A stretch of DNA of 64,000 bases, from contig JAGAKI010000008.1 of the NCBI GenBank assembly GCA_017625695.1, forward strand, positions 16,331-80,330, read 5' to 3'. The notes beneath the pieces are model-generated. The model made no database searches and had not been told where the DNA came from. It was given only the letters and a program-made list of their open reading frames with translations. The DNA comes from Clostridia bacterium. Lineage in GTDB: Bacteria > Bacillota > Clostridia > UMGS1840. Position numbers and translations under genes: made by a program. The first letter of the stretch is position 1. The number at the start of each line of letters is the position of its first letter. Below, piece after piece: positions 45,539-56,833 of the stretch.

Positions 45539-47518
45539 TTAACTGATATCTAAAAATTCGTAATATTCTTTGCCGTGCATCTGGATATAATCTTTTCTGC
45601 CCTGAAGATTGTCGCCAAGTAACAGTTCAAAGGTTTCTTTGGTTTCTATCATTCCTTCGGGCATTACTTTGATTAATCGACGGGTTTCGGGATTCATGGT
45701 GGTCTGCCACATCATTTCAGGTTCGTTTTCACCTAACCCTTTGGAACGCTGCAGAGTGTATTTACCGGTCAGCGATGCAATATGGTCAGCTTTTTCCTTT
45801 TCGTCGTAAGCAAAGAACGTACCTTTTTCCTTGGAGTTGATTTCATACAAGGGGGATTCTGCAATGTATACCTTTCCTTTTTCAATGAGGGTGGGGGTTA
45901 AGATATACAGCATTGTCAAGACCAGTGTCCGAATCTGGAATCCGTCCACATCGGCATCAGTACAGATAATGATTTTATCCCAACGGAGTTTTTCCAAGTC
46001 AAATGCGGACATATCCTTCTGGTTTTTTAATTTGATTTCCACTCCGCAACCAAGCACTCTCATTAAGTCGGTGATGATTTCGGAATTGAAAATCTTATCG
46101 TAGCCTGCTTTCAGACAATTTAAAATCTTACCGCGGATGGGCATAATCGCCTGGAATTCTGCATCCCGACCCTGTTTACAAGATCCCAATGCAGAGTCAC
46201 CTTCCACGATGTAGAGTTCCCGGCGGGTAGCATCTTTGGTACGGCAATCCACAAACTTCTGCACACGGTTTACCACGTCCACCGCCTGGGACAGTTTCTT
46301 TTTGATGTTAACCTTTGCCTTTTCCGCCTGTTCACGGCTGCGTTTGTTCACTAAAATCTGTTCGGCAATTTTTTCTGCATCGGTTTTGTTTTCGATAAAG
46401 TAGATTTCCAGTTGTTCTTTTAAAAAATCCTGCATTGCCTCCTGAATAAATTTGTTGGTGATTGCTTTTTTTGTCTGGTTTTCGTAGGAGGTAATGGTGG
46501 AGAAGGAATTGGAAACTAAAATCAGACTGTCGAATACGTCATTGTATGTGATTTTGGCTTCGTTTGCTTTGTATTTGTTGGTTTGCTTGATGTAGTTGTC
46601 AATCGCATATACAAAAGCATTTTTGACCGCTTTTTCGGGAGAACCTCCGTATTCTAAGAAGCTGGAATTGTGATAATACTCAATGAGATTCACTTCGTTG
46701 TTGAAACAAAATGCAAAATTCATTTTTACTTTGTATTCCGGTTTGTCCGAACGGTCACGTCCCATACGTTCTGAAGAAACGGTGCGAACCTGGGTTAACG
46801 CCTTTTCGGTGGTTAACTCATTTACATAGTCGGTAATCCCGTTTTTATAGAGGAATACATATTCCTGGAATTTTCCGTTTTCCATTTCATCTTTCAAAAT
46901 GAACGTGATGCCGGAGTTTACTACCGCCTGTTTCTTTAAGGTGTTGATATAGTATTCCAGCGGTACATCAATATCGGTGAAAACTTCCAAATCGGGACGC
47001 CATTTAATCACGGTTCCTGTTTTCTTTTCCAAAGTGGGTTCCTTTTTTAAACCACCCACATTTTTTCCTTTTGCAAATTCCAAAGAATAAAGATAGCCGT
47101 CACGGACAACTCTGACACTCATATATTCGGAGGCATACTGAGTTGCACAAGCCCCCAGACCGTTTAAGCCCAAGCTGTACTCGTAGTTTTCGCCACCCTG
47201 ATTATTGTATTTACCGCCGGCATATAATTCGCAGAATACCAATTGCCAGTTGTAGGTATCTTCCTTAGAGTTGTAATCCAACGGAATTCCGCGGCCGTAG
47301 TCTTTCACTTCCACAGACTGGTCACGGAACCGGGTAATCTCGATTTTTTTGCCGTAACCCTCTCTGGCTTCGTCTATTGAGTTAGACAATATTTCAAAAA
47401 TAGAGTGCTGGCAACCGGTAATCCCATCCGAACCGAAGATAACAGCAGGGCGAAGACGTACCCGTTCCTCGTCCTTTAATTTGGATATACTCTCGTTACC
47501 ATAAATTTCTTCTGCCAC
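45539..47518 (-). CDS. parE: type IIA topoisomerase subunit B (ParE-like)
   Basis: GHKL ATPase motifs (DNSIDE-like SNSIDEA, GLNGLGA), Toprim (YIVEGDSA, PIRGKILN) and QRSKGLGE. The start is GTG, 5 nt after GAGGTGA. Confidence 0.75.
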   Translation of the reverse strand: MAEEIYGNESISKLKDEERVRLRPAVIFGSDGITGCQHSIFEILSNSIDEAREGYGKKIEITRFRDQSVEVKDYGRGIPLDYNSKEDTYNWQLVFCELYAGGKYNNQGGENYEYSLGLNGLGACATQYASEYMSVRVVRDGYLYSLEFAKGKNVGGLKKEPTLEKKTGTVIKWRPDLEVFTDIDVPLEYYINTLKKQAVVNSGITFILKDEMENGKFQEYVFLYKNGITDYVNELTTEKALTQVRTVSSERMGRDRSDKPEYKVKMNFAFCFNNEVNLIEYYHNSSFLEYGGSPEKAVKNAFVYAIDNYIKQTNKYKANEAKITYNDVFDSLILVSNSFSTITSYENQTKKAITNKFIQEAMQDFLKEQLEIYFIENKTDAEKIAEQILVNKRSREQAEKAKVNIKKKLSQAVDVVNRVQKFVDCRTKDATRRELYIVEGDSALGSCKQGRDAEFQAIMPIRGKILNCLKAGYDKIFNSEIITDLMRVLGCGVEIKLKNQKDMSAFDLEKLRWDKIIICTDADVDGFQIRTLVLTMLYILTPTLIEKGKVYIAESPLYEINSKEKGTFFAYDEKEKADHIASLTGKYTLQRSKGLGENEPEMMWQTTMNPETRRLIKVMPEGMIETKETFELLLGDNLQGRKDYIQMHGKEYYEFLDIS

Positions 47519-47550
47519 TCATTTCACCTCTTCACAAATTTTTACACTCT

Positions 47551-47579
47551 ATTATATCATAGAAAAGAAAATAAAGCAA
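47551..47579 (-). promoter_or_regulatory. promoter of the parE-parC operon
   Basis: On the minus strand: TTGCTT, a 17-nt spacer, then TATAAT with an extended -10 (TGATATAAT). Confidence 0.5.
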
Positions 47580-47608
47580 GAATTATTTTTTATTTTTTGG
47601 GAAAAGTA

Positions 47609-47637
47609 TAGACATTTTTTGATATTTATGTTATTTT
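47609..47637 (+). promoter_or_regulatory. weak candidate promoter of an ORF-free transcription unit
   Basis: TAGACA (47609-47614), a 17-nt spacer, then TGTTATTTT. It uses the same -35 hexamer and TGT-extended style as the promoter at 39154. Confidence 0.3.
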
Positions 47638-47867
47638 ATAAAAAAGGACTTGTTGGAGTGTGACGGATGCTGAAACGACGGGTGTTATGCTTTGTAATGA
47701 CATATTGCATGTTGTTTTTTCAATGACTGTGTTTGCTGAAAACTTTTGTTCAGGATACTTACTTTTTTGCACCACATAAACCGCATCAGGCGGTGAAAGT
47801 AATGGTGTTTGAAAATTTTGATACACTTTACCCTGTTACCAAATCCGTTTTTGTGGAATAACATTCG

Positions 47868-47997
47868 GCTCCCTTGTGTAAAGGGAGCTGTCACGAAGTG
47901 ACTGAGGGATTGTTTGATATTTTTTTGTCTTATAACAACCCCTCCGAGTTTTGCTTGGCAAAACCCACCTCCCCTTACACAGGGGAGGCTTTTTTTA
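47868..47997 (+). other. block of five back-to-back hairpins ending in an intrinsic terminator (candidate structured RNA or intergenic repeat element)
   Basis: The five hairpins are as follows. (1) GCTCCCTT/AAGGGAGC at 47868-47888. (2) GTCAC-GAA-GTGAC at 47890-47902. (3) GAGGGATTGTT/AACAACCCCTC at 47904-47944, with one mismatch. (4) GTTTTGC-TTG-GCAAAAC at 47948-47964. (5) CCTCCCCT/AGGGGAGG at 47968-47988, followed by CTTTTTTTA. Confidence 0.6.
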
Positions 47998-48020
47998 TGC
48001 GATTTTTGCCGTGCAAATCC

Positions 48021-48049
48021 TTGACAAAACATAGCATTTGTGATAAAAT
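48021..48049 (+). promoter_or_regulatory. promoter of the methyltransferase gene
   Basis: TTGACA (48021-48026), a 17-nt spacer, then TAAAAT (48044-48049). Confidence 0.55.
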
Positions 48050-48111
48050 TAATTAAAGTATGTCCATTTTTAGATTTTGATAGATTTTAGTTAGAACAAA
48101 GAGGATAAATT

Positions 48112-48981
48112 ATGTGGATTTCAGAGTATTGGGAAGACTTTGAACTGTTAGAAGCGGAAGACGGTTACAAACTGGAGCGTTGGAAGGATGTGAAGCTCCT
48201 TCGTCCTGATCCGCAGGTGGTTTGGAAAAACGGTGAAATGGAAAAGCATTCCCGGAAAATTGATGCCAAATATTTCCGCAGCAAAAAAGGCGGCGGCGAA
48301 TGGAAATATTATAAAAAATTGCCTGAGCATTGGGAAATACTGTACCGTGATTTACGCTTCAAGGTGCGTCCTACCGGTTTTAAGCATACCGGGTTGTTTC
48401 CCGAGCAGGCGGTGAACTGGGATTTTGCACGGGATATGATTCGCAAATCCGGCAGAGAAATCAAAGTTCTGAATTTATTTGCCTACACGGGCGGTGCCAC
48501 CGTTGCCTGCTTAAAGGAAGGGGCAAGTGTGTGCCATCTGGATGCGGCGAAATCCATTGTTACCTGGGCAAAGGAAAATGTGGAGTTAAATCATCTGAAT
48601 CAAAACGGCAAGGTTCGTTTTATTGTGGATGATGCCTATAAATTTGTAGAACGGGAAATCAAGCGTGGCAATTACTACGATGCCATTATTATGGATCCTC
48701 CGTCCTACGGAAGAGGGCCCAATGGGGAACTCTGGAAAATTGAAGATAAAATCTTTGAGCTTGTGGAACTTGCTTCCCGGATTTTAACCGAGAAACCGTT
48801 GTTTTTTATCATTAACAGCTACACCACCGGCTTATCCAATACCGTAATGGAAAACATTTTGAATTTAACCGTTACCAAAAAGTTTGGTGGAAAGGTAACC
48901 GCAGACGAAATCGGTTTTCAAGCCAAACATTCCGGTTTGTACTTACCCTGCGGCTCCACCGCGAGATGGCAGGCGGAGTAG
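48112..48981 (+). CDS. class I SAM-dependent methyltransferase (RlmI/RlmK-like catalytic domain)
   Basis: A SAM-binding segment (VLNLFAYTGGATVA) and the IIMDPPSYGRGP motif. Confidence 0.8.
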   Translation: MWISEYWEDFELLEAEDGYKLERWKDVKLLRPDPQVVWKNGEMEKHSRKIDAKYFRSKKGGGEWKYYKKLPEHWEILYRDLRFKVRPTGFKHTGLFPEQAVNWDFARDMIRKSGREIKVLNLFAYTGGATVACLKEGASVCHLDAAKSIVTWAKENVELNHLNQNGKVRFIVDDAYKFVEREIKRGNYYDAIIMDPPSYGRGPNGELWKIEDKIFELVELASRILTEKPLFFIINSYTTGLSNTVMENILNLTVTKKFGGKVTADEIGFQAKHSGLYLPCGSTARWQAE

Positions 48982-49008
48982 TTTTTATCGCAAAAGGAAC
49001 CAAGTATT

Positions 49009-49836
49009 ATGGATATTATTACAACAGAAAAGCTCACATTTCAATATGAAGACAGTCACCGAAAAGTGCTGGAAAATTTTGATTTAACCATAGAAAAAGG
49101 AAAGTTTACGGCACTTTTGGGACACAACGGAAGCGGAAAATCTTCTTTGGCAAAGCTGTTTAACGGAATCTTGCTTCCCGAGGGCGGTAAGGTATACGTT
49201 TCGGGAATGGATACGCAGAATGAGCAGCTCCTGCTCGATATCCGCAAATGCTGCGGACTGGTCTTTCAGAATCCTGACAATCAGCTGATTGCTTCCATTA
49301 TTGAGGATGATGTGGCGTTTGCACCTGAAAATTTAGGGATTCCCTCCGAAGAAATCCGCCAGCGTGTGGATGATGCCTTAAAGTGTGTAGGAATGTATGA
49401 ATATCGGATGCGTTCTCCTCACCATTTGTCAGGAGGACAGAAGCAGAGAGTTGCCATTGCGGGCATTGTGGCAATGCGACCGTCTGTGATTGTACTGGAT
49501 GAGCCTACTGCCATGTTGGATCCCAAGGGCAGAAAAGAGGTTGTGGAAACCATTCAGCGGTTAAACCGCGACTACGGTATCACTGCTATTTTGATTACGC
49601 ACAATATGGACGAGGCGGCACTTGCTGACCGTATTGTGGTGATTGAAAAAGGTAAAATTCTGTTGGACGGCACCCCGAAAGAAATTTTTTCGGAGTACGA
49701 AATTCTAAAGGCAACAGGATTGGATGTTCCGCAGATTACAGCATTGTCCTATGAGCTTCACAAAGCAGGCTTTCCCATTGACAGCTGTATTTTGTCAGTG
49801 GAGGAGTTTGTGGAACAAATTACAAAAGTATTGTAG
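49009..49836 (+). CDS. ecfA1: ECF transporter ATPase component
   Basis: Walker A GHNGSGKSS, signature LSGGQKQRVAIAG, Walker B VIVLDEPT, in the conserved ecfA1-ecfA2-ecfT-truA order. Confidence 0.85.
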   Translation: MDIITTEKLTFQYEDSHRKVLENFDLTIEKGKFTALLGHNGSGKSSLAKLFNGILLPEGGKVYVSGMDTQNEQLLLDIRKCCGLVFQNPDNQLIASIIEDDVAFAPENLGIPSEEIRQRVDDALKCVGMYEYRMRSPHHLSGGQKQRVAIAGIVAMRPSVIVLDEPTAMLDPKGRKEVVETIQRLNRDYGITAILITHNMDEAALADRIVVIEKGKILLDGTPKEIFSEYEILKATGLDVPQITALSYELHKAGFPIDSCILSVEEFVEQITKVL

Positions 49837-49854
49837 AAATTCTGGTGAAATAAT

Positions 49855-50700
49855 TTGAAAATTACAGTTGAAAATTTATCTTATATCTATGCTCCCGGCA
49901 CGCCCTTTGAAAAGGCGGCTCTCAGGGATATCAACTTCACGATTGAAAGCGGTGATTTCGTCGGTCTGATTGGTCATTCCGGCAGTGGGAAATCCACTTT
50001 GGTACAGCATTTGAACGGGTTGGTGAAACCCACCGATGGCACGATTCGCATCGGTGAACGTGTGATTACAGGCAAACATGCCGATACAAAAGGACTTTGC
50101 TTTACGGTTGGGTTGGTATTTCAGTATCCGGAACAGCAGTTGTTTGCGGAAACAATTTATCAGGATATTGCATTCGGACCGTCTAACATGGGACTTTCTC
50201 CGGCGGAAATTGACCTTCGGGTTCGTACCGCAATGGATTTGGTAGGACTTTCTCCGGATTTGATGGAAAAATCTCCCTTTTCGATTTCCGGTGGTCAGAA
50301 ACGCAGGGTTGCCATTGCAGGGGTGCTTGCTATGGAACCAAAGGTTCTGATTCTGGATGAACCTACTGCAGGACTGGACCCCAAAGGCAGAGATGAGATT
50401 TTAAACAGCATCCGTAAAATCCATAAGCAAATGGATATGACGGTGATTTTAGTGTCACACAGTATGGAAGATGTGGCAAAATATTGTGACAAGCTTTTGG
50501 TGTTAAACGAAGGGGAAGTGGTACTTTCCGGAACGCTGGCAGAGGTGTTCCACCATGCCGATACGCTGACTGATATTGGTCTTTCGGTTCCCCAGGTGAC
50601 TTTGGCAGTGCATAAGCTCCGGGAAAAAGGAATTGAGATTGCAGAAAATGTATTTACCGTTTCGGAAGCGATTTCTGCCATTATGAAATTGAGAGGCTGA
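49855..50700 (+). CDS. ecfA2: ECF transporter ATPase component
   Basis: TTG start after GGTGA. Walker A GHSGSGKST, signature ISGGQKRRVAIAG, Walker B LILDEPT. Confidence 0.85.
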   Translation: MKITVENLSYIYAPGTPFEKAALRDINFTIESGDFVGLIGHSGSGKSTLVQHLNGLVKPTDGTIRIGERVITGKHADTKGLCFTVGLVFQYPEQQLFAETIYQDIAFGPSNMGLSPAEIDLRVRTAMDLVGLSPDLMEKSPFSISGGQKRRVAIAGVLAMEPKVLILDEPTAGLDPKGRDEILNSIRKIHKQMDMTVILVSHSMEDVAKYCDKLLVLNEGEVVLSGTLAEVFHHADTLTDIGLSVPQVTLAVHKLREKGIEIAENVFTVSEAISAIMKLRG

Positions 50701-50704
50701 ATTT

Positions 50705-51514
50705 ATGTTAAAAGATATTACCATCGGGCAGTATTACCCGTCGGAGTCGGTGGTTCATAAGCTGGACCCCCGTTTAAAAATTATATTGACTTTAGTTTAT
50801 ATTGTTGCCATTTTTCTGATTCGGAATTTCTGGGGATTTTTGCTGTTGGCAGTATTGTCAATCCTGCTTTGCAAGGTGTCTAAAATTCCTGTTGGTTTTC
50901 TGCTGAAGGGGTTGAAACCACTGGCAGTTCTGATGGTAATTACGGCACTTTTGAATCTGTTCATGACAGACGGAAAGATTCTCTGGCAGCTTGGTTTTTT
51001 GAAAATTACGCAAGAAGGTATTATACTTTCCGCATTTATGTTGCTTCGGATTCTATTTCTGGTCATGGGGACTTCATTTCTGACTTACACTACTACTCCC
51101 ATCACCTTGACTTCCGGGATTGAAAGTCTTCTGAAACCGTTTTCTAAAATCGGAGTGCCGTCTCACGAAATTGCGATGATGATGTCTATTGCACTTCGGT
51201 TTATTCCTACCTTAATTGAAGAAACCGACAAAATTATGGCGGCACAAAAGGCAAGAGGTGCCGCACTTTCCGAGGGGAATCTCATTCAGCGGGCAAAATC
51301 TTTGATTCCCATTTTGATTCCGCTGTTTGTATCGGCGTTCCGTCGTGCAGATGAATTGGCGATTGCCATGGAATCCCGTTGCTATCACGGAGGAGACGAC
51401 CGTACCAAAATGAAGGAATTAAAATATGGAAAAAGAGATACTATAGCCTTATTTGTGTTTGCGATTTGTCTGACCGGTATGCTGATGTTAAATCTTTTGG
51501 GAGCATCTTTATGA
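50705..51514 (+). CDS. ecfT: ECF transporter transmembrane (T) component
   Basis: The N-terminal segment (SVVHKLDPRLKI) and the ARG coupling motifs (AQKARGA, FRRADELAIAMESR) are typical of EcfT. Confidence 0.85.
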   Translation: MLKDITIGQYYPSESVVHKLDPRLKIILTLVYIVAIFLIRNFWGFLLLAVLSILLCKVSKIPVGFLLKGLKPLAVLMVITALLNLFMTDGKILWQLGFLKITQEGIILSAFMLLRILFLVMGTSFLTYTTTPITLTSGIESLLKPFSKIGVPSHEIAMMMSIALRFIPTLIEETDKIMAAQKARGAALSEGNLIQRAKSLIPILIPLFVSAFRRADELAIAMESRCYHGGDDRTKMKELKYGKRDTIALFVFAICLTGMLMLNLLGASL

Positions 51515-52245
51515 GAAATCTTGTATTCCGAATTTCATATGACGGAACTGCCTATCACGGCTTTCAGTGCCAGGATGGACAAATCACGATTCAGAGTGAG
51601 CTGGAGCGTGTGTTAAAGGTTTTAACCGGTGAAGATTTACGCATTACTGGTTGCGGAAGAACCGATGCAGGCGTGCATGCCATCCGCTATTATTTTAATG
51701 TGCATACCAACTCTCCCATTCCTTGTGATCGCTTTGTTCTGGCGATGAATTCTTTATTGCCGTCAGATATTACCGTCAGTGATTGCCGGGAAGCAGAAGA
51801 GGACTTTCACGCAAGGTTTTCTCCAAAATATAAAACCTATGTGTATCGGATTTTAAATCAGCGAAATCCCGAAGCTTTGTTGTGTAACCGCTGTTATTTT
51901 TATCCCATTCCTCTGGATGTGGAAAAAATGCAGGATGCCTGCGAAGTGATTATCGGGGAAAAGGATTTTAAATGTTTTATGGCATCGGGCGGGCAGGTGA
52001 AAACCACGGTTCGCCATGTGACAGAGCTGACTGTTACCAAAAAGGGGGCTGAGGTAGAAATCCGCATTTCTGCTAACGGTTTTCTTTATAATATGGTACG
52101 CATTATCACCGGAACCCTGATGCAAATCGGCATCGGGAAAATGACCAAAGAAGACCTAAGAGAAATTATTGATAATAAATGCCGTAAGGAAGCGGGGATG
52201 ACCGTTCCGCCTCACGGCTTGTACTTATATGACGTTTACTATTAA
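51511..52245 (+). CDS. truA: tRNA pseudouridine(38-40) synthase
   Basis: ATG at 51511 overlaps the ecfT stop (ATGA). The catalytic motif GCGRTDAGVHA is present. The ORF-track start at 51379 lies inside ecfT. Confidence 0.9.
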   Translation: MRNLVFRISYDGTAYHGFQCQDGQITIQSELERVLKVLTGEDLRITGCGRTDAGVHAIRYYFNVHTNSPIPCDRFVLAMNSLLPSDITVSDCREAEEDFHARFSPKYKTYVYRILNQRNPEALLCNRCYFYPIPLDVEKMQDACEVIIGEKDFKCFMASGGQVKTTVRHVTELTVTKKGAEVEIRISANGFLYNMVRIITGTLMQIGIGKMTKEDLREIIDNKCRKEAGMTVPPHGLYLYDVYY

Positions 52246-52276
52246 GAGGAACGTTTTGAAAGAAGGATAGAAGCTT

Positions 52277-53434
52277 ATGAACGAACAATCTCATATTCCG
52301 GGGGAACAAAGCCCAGGATTACGACCACGGAAAGGTCGGAAAAAGAAATTTCCGTTTTTAAAAATCGGATTTACTGTTTTCATTATAGCGCTTCTTTGCG
52401 GTGGCGTGTATTTTTTGTATCAGACGGGTGTGTTTGGTTTCTCTGCGGAAGGGGCAATGGTGTATTATACGCCGATGCAGCATATCAGCGGAACTTCCTT
52501 TAAAAATACCTATTATCTGACCACTATTGACGGGTTGAAATCAGTGGATATTACCGGAAAAGATACCGACCATAATGTAAATTCTACGATTTCTCCTTTT
52601 ATTCGTGCTATGAAAGAACCAATCTATTTAAAAAGTGATAAAACCGTTTTGGCTTATGATATTGGCGGAAAAACAGCGATGCTGTTTGATGAATCCGGCA
52701 TTATTGCCCCTCTTAGCTTTGAACGGGAAATTATCCGTGCGAGGATGAACCCGAAAGGACAGTTTGTGGTACTTCTCAATGAAGACGGTGCAAAAGCGGC
52801 AGTTAAAGTATTTGATGCATACGGAAATGAACAGTATACCTGGTATTCCGGGACTGCTTATGTAGTGGATGCTATGATTCATCCGAAAAATGATATGATG
52901 GCAGTGTTAACCAATGATGTATCCGGTGGCGGAATCACTTCCAAATTGTTGTTTTTCCGACTGGATACAGCGGAGCCTGTGAAGGGGTATGTTATCGGGG
53001 ATAAGATGGCGGCATCGGTTTCTTATACGGACCGGTATGCTTTGATATTATGCACCAATGGTCTTTACATTATGACTGATTCCGGGGAGCTTAGCCTGGT
53101 GATGCAGATGGGGGACAAAAAGCTCAAGTTCTTTGATTACTTTACCGACGGTTCTCTGCTGCTTTGCTATGAAAACACCGCTTCGGAAACCTATTTGTGT
53201 GAAGTCTATGATAAAAAGGGACGGCAAACTTCAACCTTTACGCTGGACTCCTTTGTAAAAATCGGGGATTTAACCAATAACAAATTTTTGGTATACAAAC
53301 GCAAAGAAGTATTGAGTGTTTCCAAAAAAGGAAAAATTCTGGATAGTCAGGTGATGGATTTTGAAATCAAGGATGTTGACTATTTTAAAAATAAAATTGC
53401 CATTATCGGACAGGAAAGAATGTTGTTGCAATAA
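52277..53434 (+). CDS. membrane-anchored hypothetical protein with a repeat-rich extracytoplasmic domain (possibly DUF5711)
   Basis: A basic N-terminus followed by one TM helix (IGFTVFIIALLCGGVYFLY), then beta-rich sequence. The family name is from weak memory. Confidence 0.7.
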   Translation: MNEQSHIPGEQSPGLRPRKGRKKKFPFLKIGFTVFIIALLCGGVYFLYQTGVFGFSAEGAMVYYTPMQHISGTSFKNTYYLTTIDGLKSVDITGKDTDHNVNSTISPFIRAMKEPIYLKSDKTVLAYDIGGKTAMLFDESGIIAPLSFEREIIRARMNPKGQFVVLLNEDGAKAAVKVFDAYGNEQYTWYSGTAYVVDAMIHPKNDMMAVLTNDVSGGGITSKLLFFRLDTAEPVKGYVIGDKMAASVSYTDRYALILCTNGLYIMTDSGELSLVMQMGDKKLKFFDYFTDGSLLLCYENTASETYLCEVYDKKGRQTSTFTLDSFVKIGDLTNNKFLVYKRKEVLSVSKKGKILDSQVMDFEIKDVDYFKNKIAIIGQERMLLQ

Positions 53435-53445
53435 AAAGGCGGTGA

Positions 53446-54087
53446 ATGGAAAAAATGTTGGATGTAGGATTTCTGCTGTGTTTGGCAGTTGCCTTTATCA
53501 TTGGATATAAAACCGGATTTCTCCGGGCGTTGGTCGGCTTTTTAGGTGTGATTATTTCAGCTGTTGGCGGCTATCTGTTATATCCGTATGTCACTTCATT
53601 TTTAATGAAAACCCCATTGTATGACCCCATCAATCAATGGGTCTTGAACGGACTGAACGGATATCTTCAGAAAAACGAAACCCTTGCTCGGCTGGATGAA
53701 CTTTTGATGACCTATCAGGCGGAAAATACCGAAGCGCTGATGAACTCGATGGCATCGGGAATCACTACCGTTATTTTCAACGTTTTAAGCATTTTTGTTA
53801 TCATTTTTTTAATTAAGTTAATTGTTTTTTTCTTAAAAAAAGTGACCAGGTTGATTCATCATATTCCTGTTTTGGGACCGATTAACCGTTTTTGTGGAAT
53901 GATATTGACGGGAGCCTCTTTTGTGACAGTTTGTTTCATTGTGGTTGCAGTGATGCTGTTACCGCCCTCCAACACATCGGAGCTTTCTAAGAATATGTGT
54001 CAGAAAATCGATGAATCGGTCATTGTGAAGGAAGTTATGGACTATAATTTCTTTGTGAATTATGACAGTTTGAGCAGAGGGATGTAA
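53446..54087 (+). CDS. CvpA-family membrane protein
   Basis: Four TM helices. The N-terminal pattern (DVGFLLCLAVAFIIGYKTGFLRALVGFLGVIIS) is typical of CvpA. Confidence 0.7.
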   Translation: MEKMLDVGFLLCLAVAFIIGYKTGFLRALVGFLGVIISAVGGYLLYPYVTSFLMKTPLYDPINQWVLNGLNGYLQKNETLARLDELLMTYQAENTEALMNSMASGITTVIFNVLSIFVIIFLIKLIVFFLKKVTRLIHHIPVLGPINRFCGMILTGASFVTVCFIVVAVMLLPPSNTSELSKNMCQKIDESVIVKEVMDYNFFVNYDSLSRGM

Positions 54088-56076
<1,989 letters not shown>

Positions 56077-56080
56077 GTAC

Positions 56081-56109
56081 TTGATTTTTTTTTCGCAATG
56101 TGATATAAT
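56081..56109 (+). promoter_or_regulatory. promoter upstream of the IGPD-like gene
   Basis: TTGATT (56081-56086), a 17-nt spacer, then TATAAT (56104-56109) with TGATATAAT. Confidence 0.5.
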
Positions 56110-56156
56110 CCATTCTATGTATATTCTGAGAAACACTCAGAAAGGAAGGAACCTTT

Positions 56157-56783
56157 ATGAAAACTACAGTTAATGTAACACGTACCACAACCGAATCCAA
56201 TATGAAAGTGGCTTGCGATTTTTCTTGTCTTGCGTCTGATTATCGCAAGAAAATCAATACCCCCTATCCTTTCCTCAATCATATGATTGAGCATATTGCC
56301 TACCGGGCAGGAATTACCGTGGAAACGGATGTGCAGTTGAATACTTTTGTGTTGTCACACGTAGTTTTTGAGGACCTTGGAATTGCATTCGGGAAAGCAT
56401 TAAAAACCTATGTAGCAGAAAATGCAGCTTGCGGTGTGACAGGTTTTGGTGACGGCGTGGGAATTATTGATGAAGCCTATGCAGAGGCAGCAATCAGCTT
56501 TGAAGACCGTGCTTATTTCCATTTTGAAAACAGCGTGGGTACTTTGTCAGAAACTACGGAAGGTGTTGCTACCGAGGATTTATTTGTCTTTTTGGAAGGC
56601 GTGGCACAGGGGGCACAGGCAACCTTGCACATCAACCTGAGAAAAGGCACCAATATGCATCACATTTTTGAAGCTATTTACCGTGCGTTCGGTATTTGCT
56701 TAAAGCGTGCACTTTTCTGTGACGAAACCAGAATCGGCTTAACCTCCGGTGTTGCGGGAAAGATTGATTTCATTGTAGAATAA
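56157..56783 (+). CDS. imidazoleglycerol-phosphate-dehydratase-fold protein, divergent paralogue
   Basis: It aligns along its length with HisB/IGPD as I recall it (PFLNHMIEHIA, SHVVFEDLGIAFGKAL, GTNMHHIFEAIYRAFG). The first signature has H-V where IGPD has H-H, and L where IGPD has an acidic residue. Confidence 0.7.
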   Translation: MKTTVNVTRTTTESNMKVACDFSCLASDYRKKINTPYPFLNHMIEHIAYRAGITVETDVQLNTFVLSHVVFEDLGIAFGKALKTYVAENAACGVTGFGDGVGIIDEAYAEAAISFEDRAYFHFENSVGTLSETTEGVATEDLFVFLEGVAQGAQATLHINLRKGTNMHHIFEAIYRAFGICLKRALFCDETRIGLTSGVAGKIDFIVE

Positions 56784-56833
56784 AATTTATTGATATAAAA
56801 AATTGATATGTAAAAAAGAAATGGAGAACAACT

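Noticed and set aside
43292-47518. Calling the type IIA topoisomerase pair gyrB/gyrA
   Set aside because: The A subunit is short (723 aa) and I see no GyrA-box in its C-terminal domain. The parE-then-parC gene order fits topoisomerase IV. The distinction remains tentative without phylogeny.
47667-47726. A 19-codon hydrophobic mini-ORF (MLKRRVLCFVMTYCMLFFQ) 8 nt after GGAG, considered as a type I toxin or leader peptide
   Set aside because: It is too short to evaluate without conservation or ribosome-profiling data, so I kept it only as context for the 47.6-48.0 kb finding.
47685-48056. ORF-track ORFs across the parE/methyltransferase spacer: 115 aa on the minus strand at 47685-48032 and 60 aa on the plus strand at 47874-48056
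   Set aside because: Both run straight through the five hairpins and the terminator, lack an RBS, and have the low-complexity composition typical of translated palindromes.
51379-51510. ORF-track N-terminal extension of truA
   Set aside because: It lies inside ecfT in another frame. The ATG at 51511 gives the canonical TruA N-terminus and an ATGA overlap with ecfT.
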